A program made the translations under genes and the position numbers. Below the pieces are notes generated by a model. The model saw nothing but the letters and a program-made list of their open reading frames with translations. It had not been told where the DNA came from and searched no databases. A DNA stretch of 64,000 nucleotides from the NCBI GenBank assembly GCA_045614165.1, contig JAZLCK010000004.1, forward strand, positions 1,889 through 65,888. Reading direction: 5' to 3'. Position 1 is the first letter of the stretch; the number at the start of each line of letters is the position of its first letter. Shown piece by piece: positions 28,051-37,989 of the stretch. Origin of the DNA: Christensenellaceae bacterium. GTDB lineage: Bacteria > Bacillota > Clostridia > Christensenellales > Borkfalkiaceae.

Positions 28051-28676
28051 TATTCTCCATAGACCTCCTCAATTTTATTTACGGCACTCTTAGACATTAC
28101 GATTACAGCGTTTTTAACAACTTCGTAAGTGTTTAAAAGTTCTACGGGAATGGTTGATACTTTTTTAAGGTTTGCACTTGCTCTTAAAACTGCATCGTCT
28201 GCATTGTCAAGAACTAAAAGCACGGTTTTGTCAAAATTGAACGCTTTAAGGAAAGCAACCATTTCTTTCGTTTTTGGAGCGTTAACTTTAATTTCATCAA
28301 TAAAGAACGCTTGGCCGTTTCTAACTTTTTCAGAAAGAGATGAGAAAAGTGCAACTTCTTTTGCTTTTGCATTCATCTTCTTTGAGAAATCTCTTGATTT
28401 TGGTGCGAATACTACGCCACCTTTTACCCATTGTGGACTTCTGATAGAACCTTGTCTTGCTCTACCGGTACCTTTTTGTCTCCAAGGTTTTGCACCACCA
28501 CCACGAACTTCGCTACGGGTTAGAGTGCTTTTCGTTCCTTGTCTTTCGTTTGCAAGTCTAGTCACAACTGATTGGTGAATAACCGATTCGTTGTATTCTG
28601 CATTAAACAAAACATCGGATAATTGAAGTTCGCCCACGATGTTTTTACTCATATCGTATAAATTAACTTTTGGCAT
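28050..28676 (-). CDS. rplD: 50S ribosomal protein L4
   Basis: 208 aa. RSEVRGGGAKPWRQKGTGRARQGS. Confidence 0.97.
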   Translation of the reverse strand: MPKVNLYDMSKNIVGELQLSDVLFNAEYNESVIHQSVVTRLANERQGTKSTLTRSEVRGGGAKPWRQKGTGRARQGSIRSPQWVKGGVVFAPKSRDFSKKMNAKAKEVALFSSLSEKVRNGQAFFIDEIKVNAPKTKEMVAFLKAFNFDKTVLLVLDNADDAVLRASANLKKVSTIPVELLNTYEVVKNAVIVMSKSAVNKIEEVYGE

Positions 28677-28687
28677 ATTCTTTCTCC

Positions 28688-29317
28688 TTACGCTTTAACG
28701 CTATTTCTAATAGTTACGATGCCTTTAACTGGACCAGGAACTGCGCCCTTAACAAGAAGAAGATTTCTTTCTTTGTCCACTTTAACGACTTCGAGGTTTA
28801 ATACGGTCACTTTTTCGTTACCATATTGTCCAGCCATCTTTTTGCCTTTGAATACTCTTGATGGAGAGCTGTTTGCACCCATAGAACCTACTTCTCTGTG
28901 AACAGGGCCTACACCGTGAGTTTCTTTAAGTCTGTGATTGTTCCATCTTTTAATTACACCGGTGAAACCATGACCCTTAGAGATACCAGAAACGTCGATT
29001 TTGTCGCCTTCTGCGAAGATGTCGCAAGTTACGATTGAACCAACTTCTTCTTTCACGCTGTCAAGTCTAAATTCTTTGAGAACTTTTACAGGTTTTACGC
29101 CGGTTTTTTTGAATAAGCCGTTTTCTGGTTTATTCAAGTTCTTTTCTGCTACTTCCGAAAAACCGAGTTTTACTGCCGAGTAGCCGTCTCTTTCAACGGT
29201 TTTGATTTGAACTACTGGACATGGACCAGCCTCGATTACGGTTACGGGAATTACTTTTCCGTCTTCTTTAAATAGTTGAGTCATACCCAACTTTCTTCCA
29301 ATGATTGCTTTATTCAT
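28688..29317 (-). CDS. rplC: 50S ribosomal protein L3
   Basis: 209 aa. [12 protein letters not shown]...[12 protein letters not shown]. Confidence 0.97.
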   Translation of the reverse strand: MNKAIIGRKLGMTQLFKEDGKVIPVTVIEAGPCPVVQIKTVERDGYSAVKLGFSEVAEKNLNKPENGLFKKTGVKPVKVLKEFRLDSVKEEVGSIVTCDIFAEGDKIDVSGISKGHGFTGVIKRWNNHRLKETHGVGPVHREVGSMGANSSPSRVFKGKKMAGQYGNEKVTVLNLEVVKVDKERNLLLVKGAVPGPVKGIVTIRNSVKA

Positions 29318-29356
29318 AGATAAAGTTCACCTCCATATATATAATGTTTTAAGTTT

Positions 29357-29656
29357 TTAGAGTTTGATTTTGATATCAACGCCTGCTGGTAAGTGGATAC
29401 TATCTAATAGTTTTACGTTTGGCGAATAGATATCGATTAGTCTTTTATGCGTTCTGATTTCAAATTGTTCTCTTGAATCTTTATATTTGTGTGGTGAACG
29501 CAAAATAGTAATGATTTCTTTTTCTGTTGGTAGTGGAATTGGGCCTGAAATTTTAGCGCCCGCTTTTTGCATCGTTTCTACGATTTTAGATGCGGCTTGG
29601 TCTAACATCTCAACGTCGTAAGACATTAGTTTAATTCTGATTTTTTGACTTGCCAT
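29357..29656 (-). CDS. rpsJ: 30S ribosomal protein S10
   Basis: 99 aa. [24 protein letters not shown]. First gene of the S10 operon. Confidence 0.97.
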   Translation of the reverse strand: MASQKIRIKLMSYDVEMLDQAASKIVETMQKAGAKISGPIPLPTEKEIITILRSPHKYKDSREQFEIRTHKRLIDIYSPNVKLLDSIHLPAGVDIKIKL

Positions 29657-29895
29657 TTTTGTTTTCTCCTTGTTTTCCTAACTTTTTTTGTGTTTGTGTA
29701 AACTTGTCCGTGTGTGTCGAATTTCGTTTATAAAAAAATCATCTACCGATACTTAAATTTTTAAGTCGCTGAAGATGACAAAACTAATTCGATTTGAAGT
29801 TAGTCGCAGGGGTCTAGCCCCCACACTTGTCCACGGAAATTATCTTTCGCCGAGCGATTTTAAGTAACTTCCCGCTTCATCCCAGATTACACAGC
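29657..29895 (-). promoter_or_regulatory. structured untranslated leader of the S10 operon (candidate attenuator)
   Basis: About 240 nt between the predicted TSS and the rpsJ ATG, with no ORF. It contains nested complementary segments, a GC hairpin (GUGGGGG-CUAGA-CCCCUGC) and an internal terminator. Confidence 0.5.
29732..29778 (-). terminator. intrinsic terminator inside the S10 leader
   Basis: Minus strand reads UCAUCUUCAGCGACUUAA-AAAU-UUAAGUAUCGGUAGAUGA (14 of 18 positions pair, 6 perfect bp at the base), followed by U7. It ends 75 nt before the rpsJ ATG. Confidence 0.6.
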
Positions 29896-29901
29896 CTAGT
29901 T

Positions 29902-29930
29902 ATTATAACCTAATTATTTATTATTGTCAA
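29902..29930 (-). promoter_or_regulatory. consensus sigma70 promoter of the S10 operon
   Basis: Minus strand reads TTGACA (29930-29925), 17-nt spacer, TATAAT (29907-29902). Confidence 0.7.
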
Positions 29931-29950
29931 ACGATTTTCATACCTTTTTT

Positions 29951-29988
29951 CAAAAAAAATTCCGAAAATTTTAATCAATTTTCGGAAT
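29951..29988 (-). terminator. intrinsic terminator after clpX
   Basis: 12-bp stem ATTCCGAAAATT/AATTTTCGGAAT with a 6-nt loop, then U7 on the minus strand. Confidence 0.8.
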
Positions 29989-30003
29989 GATTTTTTTGAG
30001 TTT

Positions 30004-31227
30004 TTAAGCGATTTCTTCTTTAATTATTAAAGGTTTTGCACCGTTTACAACCACGTTTTCGTCTACTATTACCTTAACTACGCCTTCCATTGATGGTAAA
30101 TCATACATAGTTTCTATCATAATGTTTTCGAAAATCGTTCTAAGTCCCCTAGCGCCCGTTTTTAGCGCGATTGCTTTTTTAGCAACTTCTAGCACAGCCC
30201 CGTCGGTTATTTCAAGTTCAACGTTGTCAAGCCCGATTAGTGCTTTATATTGTTTAACAAGAGCGTTTTTAGGAGCAGTCATTATATTAACTAGCGCATC
30301 TTCATCTAGCGCGTGCAAGCCAACCGTGATAGGAACTCTGCCCACAAATTCTGGAATTAAGCCGTATTTAATAAGGTCTTGTGGTTGAATATCTTTAATA
30401 AATTCTTCACTAGCCTTGTTAGACTTAACGCCAGCGCCAAAACCTAACGAAGAAACTTCTTTACGTTTTGAAACGATGTCGGATAACCCAACGAATGCGC
30501 CACCTAGTATAAACAATATATTAGTAGTATCTATTCTAATGCACTCTTGTTGTGGGTGTTTTCTTCCGCCTTGTGGTGGAACGTTTGCAACCGTGCTTTC
30601 TATAATTTTTAGAAGTGCTTGTTGCACGCCTTCGCCCGAAACGTCCCTTGTGATAGAAACGTTTTCGCTTTTTCTTGCTATTTTATCAATTTCGTCGATA
30701 TAAATTATGCCTTTTTGGGCTTTTTCTATATCAAAGTCTGCATTTTGAATAAGTTTTAATAAAATATTCTCAACGTCTTCACCAACATAGCCCGCTTCTG
30801 TAAGTGTGGTTGCATCGGCAACGGCAAACGGAACGTCTAAAATTTTAGCAAGAGTTTTGGCAAGCAAGGTTTTACCACTACCCGTTGGACCTAAAAGCAA
30901 GATGTTGCTTTTATCAATCTCTACGTCTGTGCTTTTGGCAGAAGTAATCCTTTTATAATGGTTATAAACTGCAACGGATAATACTTTTTTCGCTTCTTCT
31001 TGTCCCACAACGAATTCATCTAACTTTTTCTTGATTTCGCTTGGTTTTAGAAGTTGTATATCTCCGCCCACTTGAACTTTACGGTCTTCTTCGCTAATAA
31101 CGTCGCGACAAATTTCTACACATTCATCGCAAATATATATGCCTGTTGGACCTGCTATCAAGCGTTTTGCAAGTTCTTTGCTTTTACCACAAAAAGAACA
31201 AAAGAGCGTATCTTTTTCAGTTCTCAT
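30004..31227 (-). CDS. clpX: ATP-dependent Clp protease ATP-binding subunit ClpX
   Basis: 407 aa. N-terminal zinc finger CSFCGK...CDEC and Walker A GPTGSGKT. Confidence 0.97.
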   Translation of the reverse strand: MRTEKDTLFCSFCGKSKELAKRLIAGPTGIYICDECVEICRDVISEEDRKVQVGGDIQLLKPSEIKKKLDEFVVGQEEAKKVLSVAVYNHYKRITSAKSTDVEIDKSNILLLGPTGSGKTLLAKTLAKILDVPFAVADATTLTEAGYVGEDVENILLKLIQNADFDIEKAQKGIIYIDEIDKIARKSENVSITRDVSGEGVQQALLKIIESTVANVPPQGGRKHPQQECIRIDTTNILFILGGAFVGLSDIVSKRKEVSSLGFGAGVKSNKASEEFIKDIQPQDLIKYGLIPEFVGRVPITVGLHALDEDALVNIMTAPKNALVKQYKALIGLDNVELEITDGAVLEVAKKAIALKTGARGLRTIFENIMIETMYDLPSMEGVVKVIVDENVVVNGAKPLIIKEEIA

Positions 31228-31241
31228 ATATCTCCTATAAA

Positions 31242-31838
31242 CTATGGTCTTTTAACGAAAATTTCGTCGATAAGTCCGTACTCTTTTGCATCTTCTGCCG
31301 ATAAATAATTATCTCTATCGGTATCTTTTTCGATAACTTCGTATGGTTTACCACTATTTTTCGCCAAAATAGTGTTTAAACGATGTTTGGTTTTAATAAT
31401 ATGGTCGGCTTGAATTTTAATGTCGCTTGCTTGACCTTGTGCACCACCTAATGGTTGGTGAATCATAATTTCGCTGTTTGGGAGAGCAAATCTTTTGCCC
31501 TTTGCGCCACTTGAAAGTAAGAACGCACCCATACTTGCCGCAAGACCTATACAAATAGTGCTTACGTCGCATTTAATATAGTTCATAGTATCGTAGATAG
31601 CAAGGCCGGCAGTCACGCTACCACCTGGGCTATTGATATATAAACAAATGTCTTTATTTGGGTCTTTACCTTCTAGGTAGATAAGTTGAGCAACTACTGC
31701 GTCTGCAACAGCGTCGTTAATTTCTCCGGTAAGGAAGATTATTCTATCTTCTAAAAGTCTAGAATAAATATCATAACTTCTTTCGCCTTTTCCCGTTTGT
31801 TCTACAACGTATGGGACAACGGTGTTTTTTATTTCCAT
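31242..31838 (-). CDS. clpP: ATP-dependent Clp protease proteolytic subunit
   Basis: 198 aa. [35 protein letters not shown]. Confidence 0.97.
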   Translation of the reverse strand: MEIKNTVVPYVVEQTGKGERSYDIYSRLLEDRIIFLTGEINDAVADAVVAQLIYLEGKDPNKDICLYINSPGGSVTAGLAIYDTMNYIKCDVSTICIGLAASMGAFLLSSGAKGKRFALPNSEIMIHQPLGGAQGQASDIKIQADHIIKTKHRLNTILAKNSGKPYEVIEKDTDRDNYLSAEDAKEYGLIDEIFVKRP

Positions 31839-31866
31839 ATTATCCTCCTACCCGTTTGGCAAGTTA

Positions 31867-33153
31867 TTAGCCTACTGGGTTTTCCTTTTTGAGCATATCG
31901 AATAATTTTTTGATAATGATATCGTCTTTAATGTAGTCAAGTTGACGAGCGTTCATATACTTTTTAACGTCTGGCACAGGTTTGTTTTGAGCCTTAGCCA
32001 TTTCTTCAAATCTCTTTTCAACTTCTTCTTCGGTTGCTTCGATTTTTTCTTCGGTTATAATTTTATCGATAACAAGTTGAGATTTAACCATATCTTTTGC
32101 TTGTTCTTCGTATTCTTTTCTAAAATCTTTCATAGACTTACCTAAATATTTTAAGTAGTCGTCAAGTTTAATGCCTTGGTATGAAAGCCTATATTCCATA
32201 TCGCGAACCATATTGTCGATTTGGTTTTCAACAAGCGCATCTGGAATTTCTACTTCTGCGCCTTCACAAATCTTTTTGAGAAGTGCGTTTTCGAATTCGC
32301 GTGCTGCTCTTTCAGCGTTTTGTTTTTCTAATTTTTCTTTAACTTGCGCTTTGTATTCTGCTACGGTTGCTACGCCGGTTGCTTCTTTAATGAATTCATC
32401 GTTAAGTTCTGGAAGTTCTTTAACTTTGATTTCGTGAAGTTTAATAGCGAAAACAGCATCTTTACCTTTTAGGTTTTCAGCGTGGTATTCTTCTGGGAAT
32501 TTGACGTTGATGTCTTTTTCTTCGCCTTTCTTCATACCAACGATTTGGTCTTCAAAACCTGGGATGAAAGATTTGCTACCGATAACAAGGTTTTGTTTGG
32601 TTGCCGTGCCACCATCGAATTTAACGCCGTCTACTGAACCAGAGTAGTCGATAACAACGGTGTCACCATCTTGAACTGCTCTATCTTCTACGTCGATTAA
32701 ACGTGAATTTCTTTCTCTAACGCGTTCGATATCAGCATCTACGTCTTCGTCTTTTACATTATACTCTATTTTTTCCATCTTTATACCTTTGTAAGCGCTG
32801 ATTTTTACCTCAGGTTTAACAGGTACGATAACTTCTAAAACAAGACCCTTAGCGTTTAAATCTTTAACGCTAACGTCTGGATGAGAAATCATTTCGATGT
32901 CTTTTTCTTTATCTAAAATTTCAGTAAAATATTTTTGATATGCGCCGTTAATAGCATCATCATAGAAAATGCCTTCGCCGTATGCGCTTTCTAAAACTTT
33001 TTTAGGCACTTTGCCTTTTCTGAAACCAGGTAGGCTATATTTGCCTTTGGTTTTTTCGTATGCTAGGTCGATAGCCTCGCTCCACTCTTTTGCAGTCACG
33101 TTGATTACGAATTTAACGGTACTTTTTTCGCCTTTTTCAAAAGTGTATTTCAT
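31867..33153 (-). CDS. tig: trigger factor
   Basis: 428 aa. GFRKGKVP ribosome-binding motif and FKBP-type middle domain, upstream of clpP-clpX. Confidence 0.95.
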   Translation of the reverse strand: MKYTFEKGEKSTVKFVINVTAKEWSEAIDLAYEKTKGKYSLPGFRKGKVPKKVLESAYGEGIFYDDAINGAYQKYFTEILDKEKDIEMISHPDVSVKDLNAKGLVLEVIVPVKPEVKISAYKGIKMEKIEYNVKDEDVDADIERVRERNSRLIDVEDRAVQDGDTVVIDYSGSVDGVKFDGGTATKQNLVIGSKSFIPGFEDQIVGMKKGEEKDINVKFPEEYHAENLKGKDAVFAIKLHEIKVKELPELNDEFIKEATGVATVAEYKAQVKEKLEKQNAERAAREFENALLKKICEGAEVEIPDALVENQIDNMVRDMEYRLSYQGIKLDDYLKYLGKSMKDFRKEYEEQAKDMVKSQLVIDKIITEEKIEATEEEVEKRFEEMAKAQNKPVPDVKKYMNARQLDYIKDDIIIKKLFDMLKKENPVG

Positions 33154-33241
33154 AATAATCTCCTAATTATTTAAATTCTAACATATTTTATCACAAGTAA
33201 TTTAAAAACGCAACTTTTTTACGCCTTTTTTATACTTATAA

Positions 33242-34951
33242 TTACTTTTTTAAAAATTCGTCGTGTTTTTCAGGTTTAACCACCAAAGAACTAAAATCCG
33301 TATAAATGCACGCGCCCGGTTTAGACTTTGGAATTTTTTTAACGTAGCGCTTTTTTGTGTACACGATTTCGGTGTTTCCGCCTTCTCTTGCTTTTGAATA
33401 GTAGCCACAAATTTCCGCCGAAATTTTTATAACGCTATCGGGTACGACTTTATCGGCTGGGTTTTTGATAACGACGTGTGACGAGTGATAAAGTTTAGCG
33501 TGTAGCCATACGTCGTTTGGCTTTGCCGAAAAGGTAATTTTATCATTTTCGATATTGTTTCTTCCCGCCAAGACTTCGTAGCCGTTAATGACGTATAATT
33601 TTGGTTTTTGGTCTTCTTTCTTTTTGCCTTTTGGAGCGTTATCTTTAATTAGCCCGTAAGCCTTAATTTCTTCTTCTATAAAAGCAAGGTCTTTTATCGT
33701 TTCGCACAAGGCAATTTCTTCGCTTACGTTAGTTAAATAGTCTAGTTCTTCTTGCGCAATTTTTTCTTGGCTTTCTAGCGCGGTTAAAGAACGTTTTTGC
33801 TTGTTATATTTTTTGTAATAGTTGTTAGCGTTTTGGCTTGGCGAAATGTCGGGATTAAGTGAAATTTCGATAGTGCTTCCGTCGTAATAATTATTTGCAA
33901 CTAGCGTTTTATCGCCCTTTTTTATTAGGTAAACATTTGCTAAAATTAATTCGCCTTTTAGTTTGTTTTCTTCTAAATTTTCGGCATCTTTTTTCCTTGA
34001 TAAAACTGCACCTAATCGCTTTTTAATTTTTTTGATTTGATTAGATACTATGCTGTTTAGCCTATCCCTTTTTGCACTTATATTTTTTTGATAGGATTTT
34101 TTGGAAAAATACTCATTATCAGCCGTGCAAACGCTATCAAAAAATTCCCTTTCACCCTTAATAGTTAGGTAGTCGAAAACTAGCACGTCTTTTATCGTTT
34201 CACCGACTTTTACAAGGCAAGGATTAGCCTTTGTATTTTCTATAAAATCGTTTATAAAATCAAACAATTCTTTGCCCGAATTTTGCAAGTTTTTTTTGGC
34301 GTTAATAGTCGTAAATTGATATGCAATTTCGTTTGCAGTAGACTGCGCAAGACCTAATACGTTTGCAAAAATAAATTCGCCCAAATTAGTGCTTTTAGTA
34401 TTAAAAAATTCATTGAAAATATCTATAAGCAAGTCGTTATCAGGCTCTTTTTTATCGCCTTTTGGTGGCAAGGTGTATTGCTTGTTTACGATAAGTGGTC
34501 TAATCCCGTTATCAAACACGTTTACACCCCTATTTGCACCTAAAACTTTGCCGTCTTCGGTTAGTATAACGTTGCTATATCTACCCATTAGTTCAACGTA
34601 TAAAATCTTCTCTTTTGCATCGAAAAATTCTTGCGAACAGGATAGTGTGATTTTAACTATTCTATCAAAGCCAACTAGTTCTATTTTTTGGATTGTTGCC
34701 ATTGATAAGTGCTTTCTAAGTAGCATGCAAAAATTTGGCGCTGTTAGTGGCGCTTCCTGTTCGCTATCAAGCAAGTTTATTCTTGGGCTAGACGGGTCTG
34801 CCGAAACAAATAGCCTATAAATTTTACCTTTATAAATGGTAAAAATAACGCTATCCGTGTTTGGCTGAACGATTTTATTTATCTTTCCGCCGATAAGCAT
34901 ATTATTAAGTTCTTTTGCTATATATTTTAGCGTAAAAGCGTCTTGTGGCAC
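33242..34951 (-). CDS. rqcH: ribosome quality control factor RqcH (NFACT / FbpA family)
   Basis: 569 aa. NFACT-N start (FTLKYIAKELNNMLIGGKINKIVQP), a coiled-coil middle, and a C-terminal NFACT-R/DUF814 region (WLHAKLYHSSHVVI). Confidence 0.85.
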   Translation of the reverse strand: MPQDAFTLKYIAKELNNMLIGGKINKIVQPNTDSVIFTIYKGKIYRLFVSADPSSPRINLLDSEQEAPLTAPNFCMLLRKHLSMATIQKIELVGFDRIVKITLSCSQEFFDAKEKILYVELMGRYSNVILTEDGKVLGANRGVNVFDNGIRPLIVNKQYTLPPKGDKKEPDNDLLIDIFNEFFNTKSTNLGEFIFANVLGLAQSTANEIAYQFTTINAKKNLQNSGKELFDFINDFIENTKANPCLVKVGETIKDVLVFDYLTIKGEREFFDSVCTADNEYFSKKSYQKNISAKRDRLNSIVSNQIKKIKKRLGAVLSRKKDAENLEENKLKGELILANVYLIKKGDKTLVANNYYDGSTIEISLNPDISPSQNANNYYKKYNKQKRSLTALESQEKIAQEELDYLTNVSEEIALCETIKDLAFIEEEIKAYGLIKDNAPKGKKKEDQKPKLYVINGYEVLAGRNNIENDKITFSAKPNDVWLHAKLYHSSHVVIKNPADKVVPDSVIKISAEICGYYSKAREGGNTEIVYTKKRYVKKIPKSKPGACIYTDFSSLVVKPEKHDEFLKK

Positions 34952-34952
34952 G

Positions 34953-35765
34953 TTATTTCTCCAATGAAAAGGTTTGTTCGTTTAAGTAGTAAAGTGGGCT
35001 ATTTTTATCAAAATAAAAGGTTAAACTGCTAGAAACTAGGTTTTGTTTTTTTGCGTTATACTTTTTGTTAAACGCGCTATCGCCATACTTTTCGTCGCCT
35101 AAAATCGGGTAGCCGATATGCGCCAAATGTGCTCTAATTTGGTGGGTTTTTCCCGTAAATAATCTAACCTTTAACGTAGACGTTTCTTGGCTTTCTTCTA
35201 TTACTTCGTAGCCCGTTTTAATCATAACGCTACCCACTACTTTTTTGTCGAAAATTTTAACTAAACTTTGCTCTTTATCCTTTACTAAATAGGCCGTTAA
35301 AACGGCTTTTTTGGGGCTAGGTAATCCTTTAACAACACAAGTGTAGCGTTTATCGAAAAGGTGATTTTTAAAGCCTAAAAGCAGTTCTTTTTCGGCACTA
35401 GAATTAAGCGCAAAAACCATTAAGCCCGACGTGTTTCTATCAAGGCGATGAATAAATTTTGCGCCCTTATATTCTTGTTTTATTTTGTCAAAAATTTCTT
35501 CTGCGGTAATGCCCGATTGTTTGTTTATAATTAGCACGTTTTCATCGCAATAAATTTGGGCATAGAAAGACTTTTCGGGAAGATTATAGTATAATTCCAC
35601 CTTGTCCCCGATTGTTAAGTCCACGTCTTTATTAACCCTTTTCCCGTTAACTTTTACGTCGCTTTTTCTAATCAATTTCATTAAAATAGTGTATGAAATT
35701 AACGGGTATTCTTTTAAGACGGATTTTGTAAGTTTTGCATCTTTTTTTGCAATATAACTAATCAT
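34953..35765 (-). CDS. RluA-family pseudouridine synthase with N-terminal S4 domain
   Basis: 270 aa. HRLDRNTSGLMVFA catalytic motif and KTHQIRAHLAHIGYPILGDEKYG. Confidence 0.88.
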   Translation of the reverse strand: MISYIAKKDAKLTKSVLKEYPLISYTILMKLIRKSDVKVNGKRVNKDVDLTIGDKVELYYNLPEKSFYAQIYCDENVLIINKQSGITAEEIFDKIKQEYKGAKFIHRLDRNTSGLMVFALNSSAEKELLLGFKNHLFDKRYTCVVKGLPSPKKAVLTAYLVKDKEQSLVKIFDKKVVGSVMIKTGYEVIEESQETSTLKVRLFTGKTHQIRAHLAHIGYPILGDEKYGDSAFNKKYNAKKQNLVSSSLTFYFDKNSPLYYLNEQTFSLEK

Positions 35766-35796
35766 AATTTATAAAAATTTTTTTATTTATTATAGT

Positions 35797-35827
35797 TAAA
35801 AAAGACTTCGGAAAACCGAAGTCTTTT
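35797..35827 (-). terminator. intrinsic terminator after the 644-aa surface protein gene
   Basis: 11-bp stem AAAGACTTCGG/CCGAAGTCTTT, loop AAAA, T/A runs on both sides. Confidence 0.75.
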
Positions 35828-35835
35828 ATTCTTTA

Positions 35836-37770
35836 TTAATCTTCGTTGGTTGATTTTTTGGTTTGTTCTTTCGGTTTAATAAATAACAACACCAAAATAC
35901 CTGCTAAGCATAAAGTTCCAACACACAAGAAAACAACTGAAACCATATTGTTTTTGAGCCATTGGTTTTCTGGTTTAACTTTAAGTTTTGGTTCGGTCAC
36001 TTTAATTAAGTATCTGTCACCAGAAGCATTTACAGTAAGACCAGAAGAAACTTCACAGTCTATTCTATAAGCACCTGCCTTTACAGGGGTAAACTCTAAC
36101 TTGCCGTTATAGTTAATAGTGTCGATGTCGTCTTTGGTGAATACTTCTTCACTATAAGTAGAAGTCACTTCTGATTTCTTAAAGACTTTAATCCAGCCTT
36201 CGCTATCAATCGTTGCATTTACGTCTGCATTATACCATAGCGTATAAACAGGGGTGTAATTTTCCGCTTCGATTTTAAATGGAACTGCGCTGTATCTTAC
36301 ACCAACGTAGCCGTTAGTTCCAGCAGTTTCTTTGTTTGCTTCTACAACTAGTGGAGCGTTATCTTCGATTTTGAAAGAGAATACGAAATCTTTTGTAAAA
36401 GCGTCTTCGCCTTTCAAAATGTTTTCATTATCGATAGGACTTTCCATTGAGTTGTCGCCATCTTTGAACATTATAAAGAATTTGTATTCGCCCGGAACGT
36501 CAACTCTAATGCTCATAGTAGTTGCCGTTTTATTTTCATCGGTTGGTGAGTTTACGTATACGGTGTATTTTAATTGGTCGTAAGTAGCGTAGTCGTATTT
36601 AACTAAATCTTTAAGTGATGGAATTTCGATTGATTTTCCAAGAGAGATATAGTGGTCGCCAATCATCGTTGCTTTTATAAGCGCGTTTTTGAAAGATTTA
36701 ATCGCTTCTTCACTTGCTTCGTATTTAGGAGCAACGGTTGGAACAAACCCTTCGTCTAACACTTCGATTTCAATAGTGCCAAAATCATTAGTTCCATCGG
36801 TAAGAACGAAAGTTTCGATATCCTTTACGCCGTCACCTGTGATAGATGCTTTTTTGTTAAGGATAAATGATTTTGATTTTTCGCCGATGAACATATCAAT
36901 TATGTCTGCATTATCATCGGTGGTAGATTTTTTGAGATAGATATCTTCTTCTTCAACGTTAGCATAAACAGAATAAAGATTTACTGCAACGCCATCTTCC
37001 TTACCATCTTTAACAACGATTTCGCCGTTAGAAGTATAAACGTCTTCTTCTAAGGCAACCATTGGTAAGCAAGGCACAACGTCTTCGTTTTCTAAAACAA
37101 AGGTTTGCTTATATGCACCGCCAAGGGTTGCTTTTTGGTCGATATAGTTAATTGCAAATTCTTTTGCATCGCTACCATCAACGCCGAAAGTTAAAGAAAC
37201 GTATGCGGTAGAACTTTTAACGCCTGCGATTTTATAATAGTCATCACTTTCGTTTAGAACTACTTCGCTAGACGTAGAATTTAATTTTACTGATAATTTA
37301 TTGTTTGCAACGGTTGTGCTAACGATAACGTAATCACTAACAGCGAAAGCACTTTCTGCCCCGTCGTTAAATTTTGCTGTGCCATTTTCGATATTGATAT
37401 AAACTTTGTTAATAATTTTATCGTCGAATTCGCCATCAGCATTTTCGTTGCCGTGCAAAACGTAAGAATTAGACCTAAATTCTACTAAAAGTGATTTTGC
37501 GCCGTTTGGAACTTGTAGTTTAATCGCAAAGTCGTTAACTACCAAAGGATTAACGATAGATAACTTTTCATCGTTTTTAGCAGAAATAACTAGGTTGTCG
37601 TTTTTATACTCTATACTTGAAGTGGTATCGAAGTAATTTGAAACGTCTTCTTTATAACTTGCCCTAACTACGTTTTGTGCGCCAAAATTACTAAAAATAG
37701 CGCCTAATAGTAGCGCAAAACAAAACGCTACTGATAAAAATATTAACTTAAAAGATTTAGCCTTATTCAT
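35836..37770 (-). CDS. secreted, C-terminally membrane-anchored surface protein, function unknown
   Basis: 644 aa. N-terminal signal peptide (FKLIFLSVAFCFALLLGAIFSNFGAQNVVRA). Beta-rich body. C-terminal TM is MVSVVFLCVGTLCLAGILVLLFI-KPKEQTKK. Confidence 0.75.
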   Translation of the reverse strand: MNKAKSFKLIFLSVAFCFALLLGAIFSNFGAQNVVRASYKEDVSNYFDTTSSIEYKNDNLVISAKNDEKLSIVNPLVVNDFAIKLQVPNGAKSLLVEFRSNSYVLHGNENADGEFDDKIINKVYINIENGTAKFNDGAESAFAVSDYVIVSTTVANNKLSVKLNSTSSEVVLNESDDYYKIAGVKSSTAYVSLTFGVDGSDAKEFAINYIDQKATLGGAYKQTFVLENEDVVPCLPMVALEEDVYTSNGEIVVKDGKEDGVAVNLYSVYANVEEEDIYLKKSTTDDNADIIDMFIGEKSKSFILNKKASITGDGVKDIETFVLTDGTNDFGTIEIEVLDEGFVPTVAPKYEASEEAIKSFKNALIKATMIGDHYISLGKSIEIPSLKDLVKYDYATYDQLKYTVYVNSPTDENKTATTMSIRVDVPGEYKFFIMFKDGDNSMESPIDNENILKGEDAFTKDFVFSFKIEDNAPLVVEANKETAGTNGYVGVRYSAVPFKIEAENYTPVYTLWYNADVNATIDSEGWIKVFKKSEVTSTYSEEVFTKDDIDTINYNGKLEFTPVKAGAYRIDCEVSSGLTVNASGDRYLIKVTEPKLKVKPENQWLKNNMVSVVFLCVGTLCLAGILVLLFIKPKEQTKKSTNED

Positions 37771-37989
37771 ATAAGCAAAAACTCCTATTTATTGCATTAT
37801 GCCATATCTTATTTTATGCCTTATTGTATTTTACACAAATTTTGGCGTTTTGTCAATTCACTTTTAACTCTTTTTTTAATTATTATTAAAAATATATATA
37901 ATATAGCCTTTTTTAGACACGTTTTTTAGACGCGGTTAACAAAGCCCACCCTTTGTTAAATATAATAAAGTAGGACTAATGAAAAAATT

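Noticed and set aside
29700-29900. I considered whether the structured RNA upstream of rpsJ is SRP (4.5S/scRNA), 6S RNA, tmRNA or a T-box.
   Set aside because: It has no GGAAGCAGCC-type SRP domain IV motif and no end-to-end 6S-like pairing with a central bubble. It has no tRNA-like ends and no T-box or specifier features. Its position and terminator fit a cis-acting leader better.
37771-37989. A yybP-ykoY manganese riboswitch upstream of mntP.
   Set aside because: I could not find the conserved GGGGAGUAG and UUGACA-containing four-way-junction motifs. The 5' region is short and AT-rich.
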